Assembly: GCF_009914755.1 (NCBI RefSeq) | Contig: NC_060932.1 | Reading direction: 5' to 3' (one strand) | DNA: 64,000 nucleotides | From: the human T2T-CHM13v2.0 reference genome, Homo sapiens | Part shown: positions 60,263-64,000 of the stretch, in pieces | How positions within the stretch are numbered: the stretch's first letter is position 1 | Layout: every line of letters starts with the position of its first letter | Program-made: the position numbers and the translations under genes | The notes under the pieces: generated by a model | What the model was told of the DNA's origin: nothing | Databases searched by the model: none | The model's input: the letters and a program-made list of their open reading frames with translations, nothing else

Positions 60263-60779
60263 AAAGTTCCCTTATATTCTTTTAAGGATGAATTGTGCAC
60301 ATAAATTGACTATGTATACTAGGCTGTTGTAAACAGGGTAGGAAGGATAATAGAAAGTCTGGGAAATTCTGGAGAATTTCATTTTACTTCTTCGTAGCTG
60401 CACATTCCTTTATCTATTTGAATGCCCATAGAATTTTTTCCTTATCATTTTTGGAGTTCAGTGGCTTTACTAGGATAATGATCATTCAGAATCAGTATTG
60501 TTTGTGACACATTGTGCACGTTGTAGTTTAGGTGTTTATTTTAGACAAGATTTTTTTTTGATAAATATTTCTGTATACTATTTCTTTTCTATTTGTTTTC
60601 CTCTTTTCTTTAGGAACACTGATTATGTATATTTTATATTGCCCTTTCCTGTTACTGATATCAGTGTCCTTTTCTAATATTGTTTTATAATTTTTCAAAA
60701 TTGTTATTTTTGTATTTCTAGATTTTATCTACCACGTTCCTAATTTGAGTTATATTTTATTTGTTGAACTTCTGGCTAT

Positions 60780-62330
60780 TTGGAGATTTATACATAACTT
60801 TATGATATTAGTTTATAGTTTAAATCCATTGTGATCAGCACATATATTGTATATGATTTCAGCCTTTTTCATTCTACTTAGACTTGCTTTTATGTTCTTG
60901 TAGTATGCCTTGGTGAATGTGTACTCTGCTGTTGTTGGGTGGGGTGTCCTACAAATGTCAGTTAGGCCAAGTTGATTGATAGTACTGTTTTTGTTTTTAA
61001 TTCTTTACTTACGGTCTATTTGTTTTATCAATTCCTGAGAGAGGAGTGTTGAAATGTTCAGGTTTTGGATTTGTCTATTCCTGTTTTCAGTTCTGTATTT
61101 TAAAAAATGTATGTATTTCGGAGATGTGTAGTGCCTACAAACTTAATTAACCATGTTATCATTATGAAAAAAATCTCTCTATATCCATGGTAATAGTCTT
61201 TGTTCCAGAGTTTACTTTGTCTAATGTTAATGTGTAACTCTTTTTTGATTAGAATTATGTGGTGTTTGTTTTGCTCGTTCGTTTACTCCTTCATGCCCCT
61301 ATCCCCTTAATTTTTAACCTATCTACTTTATTATTTAAAGTGGATATATATGGGTCTTTTTTTTTTTAATATAATCGAAGAATCTCTTCCTTGAATTGGT
61401 ATGCTTAGACGTTTGAGACTTAATACTATATTTTGGGGTTTAGTTCTAGTATCTTGCTGTTTGTTTTCTAGTTGTCCCATCTATTGTTTGTTTTCTTTTT
61501 TCTTTTCATAACTTTATTTAGATTCATTCCGTTTCATCCTCTCTATTCCATTCTTATTCCACTCTGTCTACACTATTGCCTTTATTAGTTTTACCTTTTA
61601 GTTTTATGGCTTTAGTTGTTCTAGGGTTTACAGTTTACATCTTTTACTTATCACAGCTACCTTCAAATAATGTTATACTGTGTCATACATTGTGTAAGAA
61701 CCTCCATTTCCCTCTTCCTGTCCTTGGCTATTGACATTGTGCATTCTACTTTTACATATGTCATAAACTCTGAACTATGTTGTTATGATTTTTGCTTTAA
61801 ACAGTTAATTCTTAATCTTATTAGAAGATAATGTTTCTTTCTTCTTCTTTTTTTTTTAAAAAATTCACCCATATATTTACCATTCCCATTCTCTTCACAT
61901 TTCTTTGTGTAGAGCCACAAATATTTCCATCTGGTATCACATTCATTTAGCCCGAAGAATTTTCTTTAACATTTTTTGTAGTACAGATATGCTGGTGAGG
62001 AATTCTTCCCAGCGTTTAGTCATAAAAAAGCTCTTTTGCTAACATTTTTGAAAGTTTTTTTTTTCCTGAATTTTGGATTCTAGGCTGACAGTTTTCCTTT
62101 TTCTTTCAGCATTTCAGTCATGGTATTCTGTTGTCTTCTGTTCTGCATGATTTCTGATGAGGAGTCTGCTTTCATTTTGTAGCTTTGTTTCTTTACATGT
62201 GATGTGTTTTTCTCCTTAACACTAGTTTTCAGCAATTTGATTATAATATGCCTTGGTATGTTTTTAATTCTCTTCTGCTTGGGGTTTGCTGAATTTCTTG
62301 GATATTTGGGTTTATAGTTTTCTTCAAATT
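60780..62330 (-). mobile_element. Old L1M ORF1/ORF2 remnants
   Basis: Minus-strand PRHIIIKLLK (L1 ORF1) in ORF 62080..62469, with typical antisense L1 motifs. Confidence 0.65.
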
Positions 62331-62390
62331 GCTTGATAGTGTCCCACGTCCCATTAAAGCTTTGTTCAGTTATTTTAGTCTCTCTCTCTC

Positions 62391-62691
62391 TTTTTTTTTT
62401 TTTTTTTTTTTGAGACGGAGTCTGTCTCTGTCGCCCAGGCTGGAATGCAGTAGCGCGATCTCGGCTCACTGCAATTTCTGCCTCCTGAGTTTAAGCAATT
62501 CTCCTGCCTCAGGCTCCTGAGTAGCTAGGATTACAGGCACATGCCACCACGCCCAGCTAATTTTTGTATTTTTGCTAGAGACGGGGTTTCACCATGTTGG
62601 TCAGGCTGGTCTCGAACTCCTGACCTTGTGATCCGCCCGCCTCGGCCTCCCAGAGTGCTGGGATTACAGGTGTGAGCCACCGCGCTGGGCC
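62391..62691 (-). mobile_element. AluS
   Basis: Poly(T) plus Alu reverse complement; flanks tattttagt. Confidence 0.88.
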
Positions 62692-63885
62692 TATTTTAGT
62701 GTTTTATCTTTCCTGGTCCTCGATTTCCTGGGAACTCCTCAGAGACTAGTCAGCTAGTGGGAGAAGAGAGGGAAGCATTTGTTCCTACATTTCCATCTTC
62801 TGCATATATGATTGCAAAGTAGTTTGCTGGTGTCTCATGCTGCATGGTGGCTTTAGGCAATGCAAATGAAAGTGTACATTGAATTGGTCTCCATAGCAGC
62901 GGCCAGAATATGAGGTAGGGTGATATACAAGAGAAGTTCTGTACTCTCCATGTGTGGTTACAGTTGGGAAAATGACAAATGGTGGAGGGTTTGTGGGGTT
63001 AAGGAAAGAGCAGGTTACATACAGTATACTATAGTAGCATCCTGATTTTTTTTAATCTATTTTTGTTTTATTGTTCTTCTATTTTATCTTGCATGTTTAT
63101 TAACCTTCAGTATAAACTTGTTGCTCACAGACATATTGAAATGTTTTCTTACTTTGAGGCTTTGTTATTTAGAAAATTTAATTACATAATTCACTTTATT
63201 CATAGACAAAACCAAATGAATAAGGGATCAACAAATTAGATATTCCAGGGCAGAAATTTTAAAAATAATTTTCCATGTTACTATCAAGTAGAGTCCTGCA
63301 TGTAATGTAAATACTTCATAAATACTTCTGAGAGAAAGTATTAGGATAGAGGGCTGTGGATCAGGTTGCCTGGATTTAAATTCTAATTTTTCCTCTTTTT
63401 AGTAGTATGACATTTCATACCTTAATATATCGGTGTGTGTCTTGGTTTTCCCATTTGAAAAACTAGTATAATGATAGTACCTCCCTCATAGAGTTATTAT
63501 GGAAGGATTCAACGTGTTAACAGATAAAAGAAATCTAGAACAATGCAGGTTTGCTAGTAAATCCTTTCTAAGTGTTAAGAAGCACTATTTTTATTTTTAC
63601 TCAGGATGATTGCCTTGATTATGTAGTAATTGCTTGAGCAGTATATGTGTAGGTGAATATGTGTGTATGGACATCATTCTAGTTTGTATTTTTATATTAT
63701 TCAGAGTTTCTGAAATAGTGGAACTTAAAGTTAGCAGAATTGCATATCTATTTTGTTTAAGTAGTATGTTTGCATACATACTTTGGATGTATACCCTTTC
63801 TTCCCTTGCAACCTAAGTCATTTAGTATTTTGTTGTCTGTAAATGCTATTTACTGTATTGCGATTCTTTCTGTTTTCTTGTGCAG

Positions 63886-64000
63886 GACCAAAAGATCTCA
63901 GATTGCTATAACTGAAGGTATATTTGAACTTCCAAATCTCACAATTCAAGCTACAAGAGCACAGACACTTCTCTTGCAAGCAATATATCAAAGTTGGTCT
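63886..64000 (+). CDS. VPS13B: VPS13B coding exon (probably exon 17), truncated by the window end
   Basis: ttcttgtgcag|G completes the split TGG codon, then TKRSQIAITEGIFELPNLTIQATRAQTLLLQAIYQSWS stays open to the end. Confidence 0.93.

Overview
This is human genomic DNA, AT-rich and repeat-dense, from inside VPS13B (COH1, the Cohen-syndrome lipid-transfer gene), on the + strand. Nine GT-AG exons splice into one continuous frame, LTEMQVESS...QAIYQSWS. Their sizes are 96, 123, 138, 88, 192, 170, 195 and 125 nt, plus a last exon cut by the window end. From memory these are exons 9-17 of the canonical transcript. The rest is intron: about 22 Alus, old L1/L2/MIR fragments, two near-full-length Tigger1 copies in opposite orientations, an internally deleted Tigger2, MER1B, MER58-like and MER20-like elements, and an antisense 5'-truncated HERV9 provirus with a complete LTR12C. 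Almost all ORFs in the supplied track come from repeats or are spurious. I see no new gene system. The most unusual structures are: (1) a 330-bp perfect inverted duplication with a 95-bp spacer inside an ancient L1 in intron 13; (2) a tiny human-specific L1HS-Ta insertion with almost no TSD; (3) inverted Tigger1 copies bracketing exons 9-15, a 1002-nt phase-0 block that would form a stop-free circular ORF; (4) a tailless AluY with a 50-bp internal duplication and a templated junction; (5) the antisense LTR12C promoter and its cryptic splice donors. Repeat subfamily names and exon numbers rest on recalled consensus sequences, and repeat boundaries are approximate.
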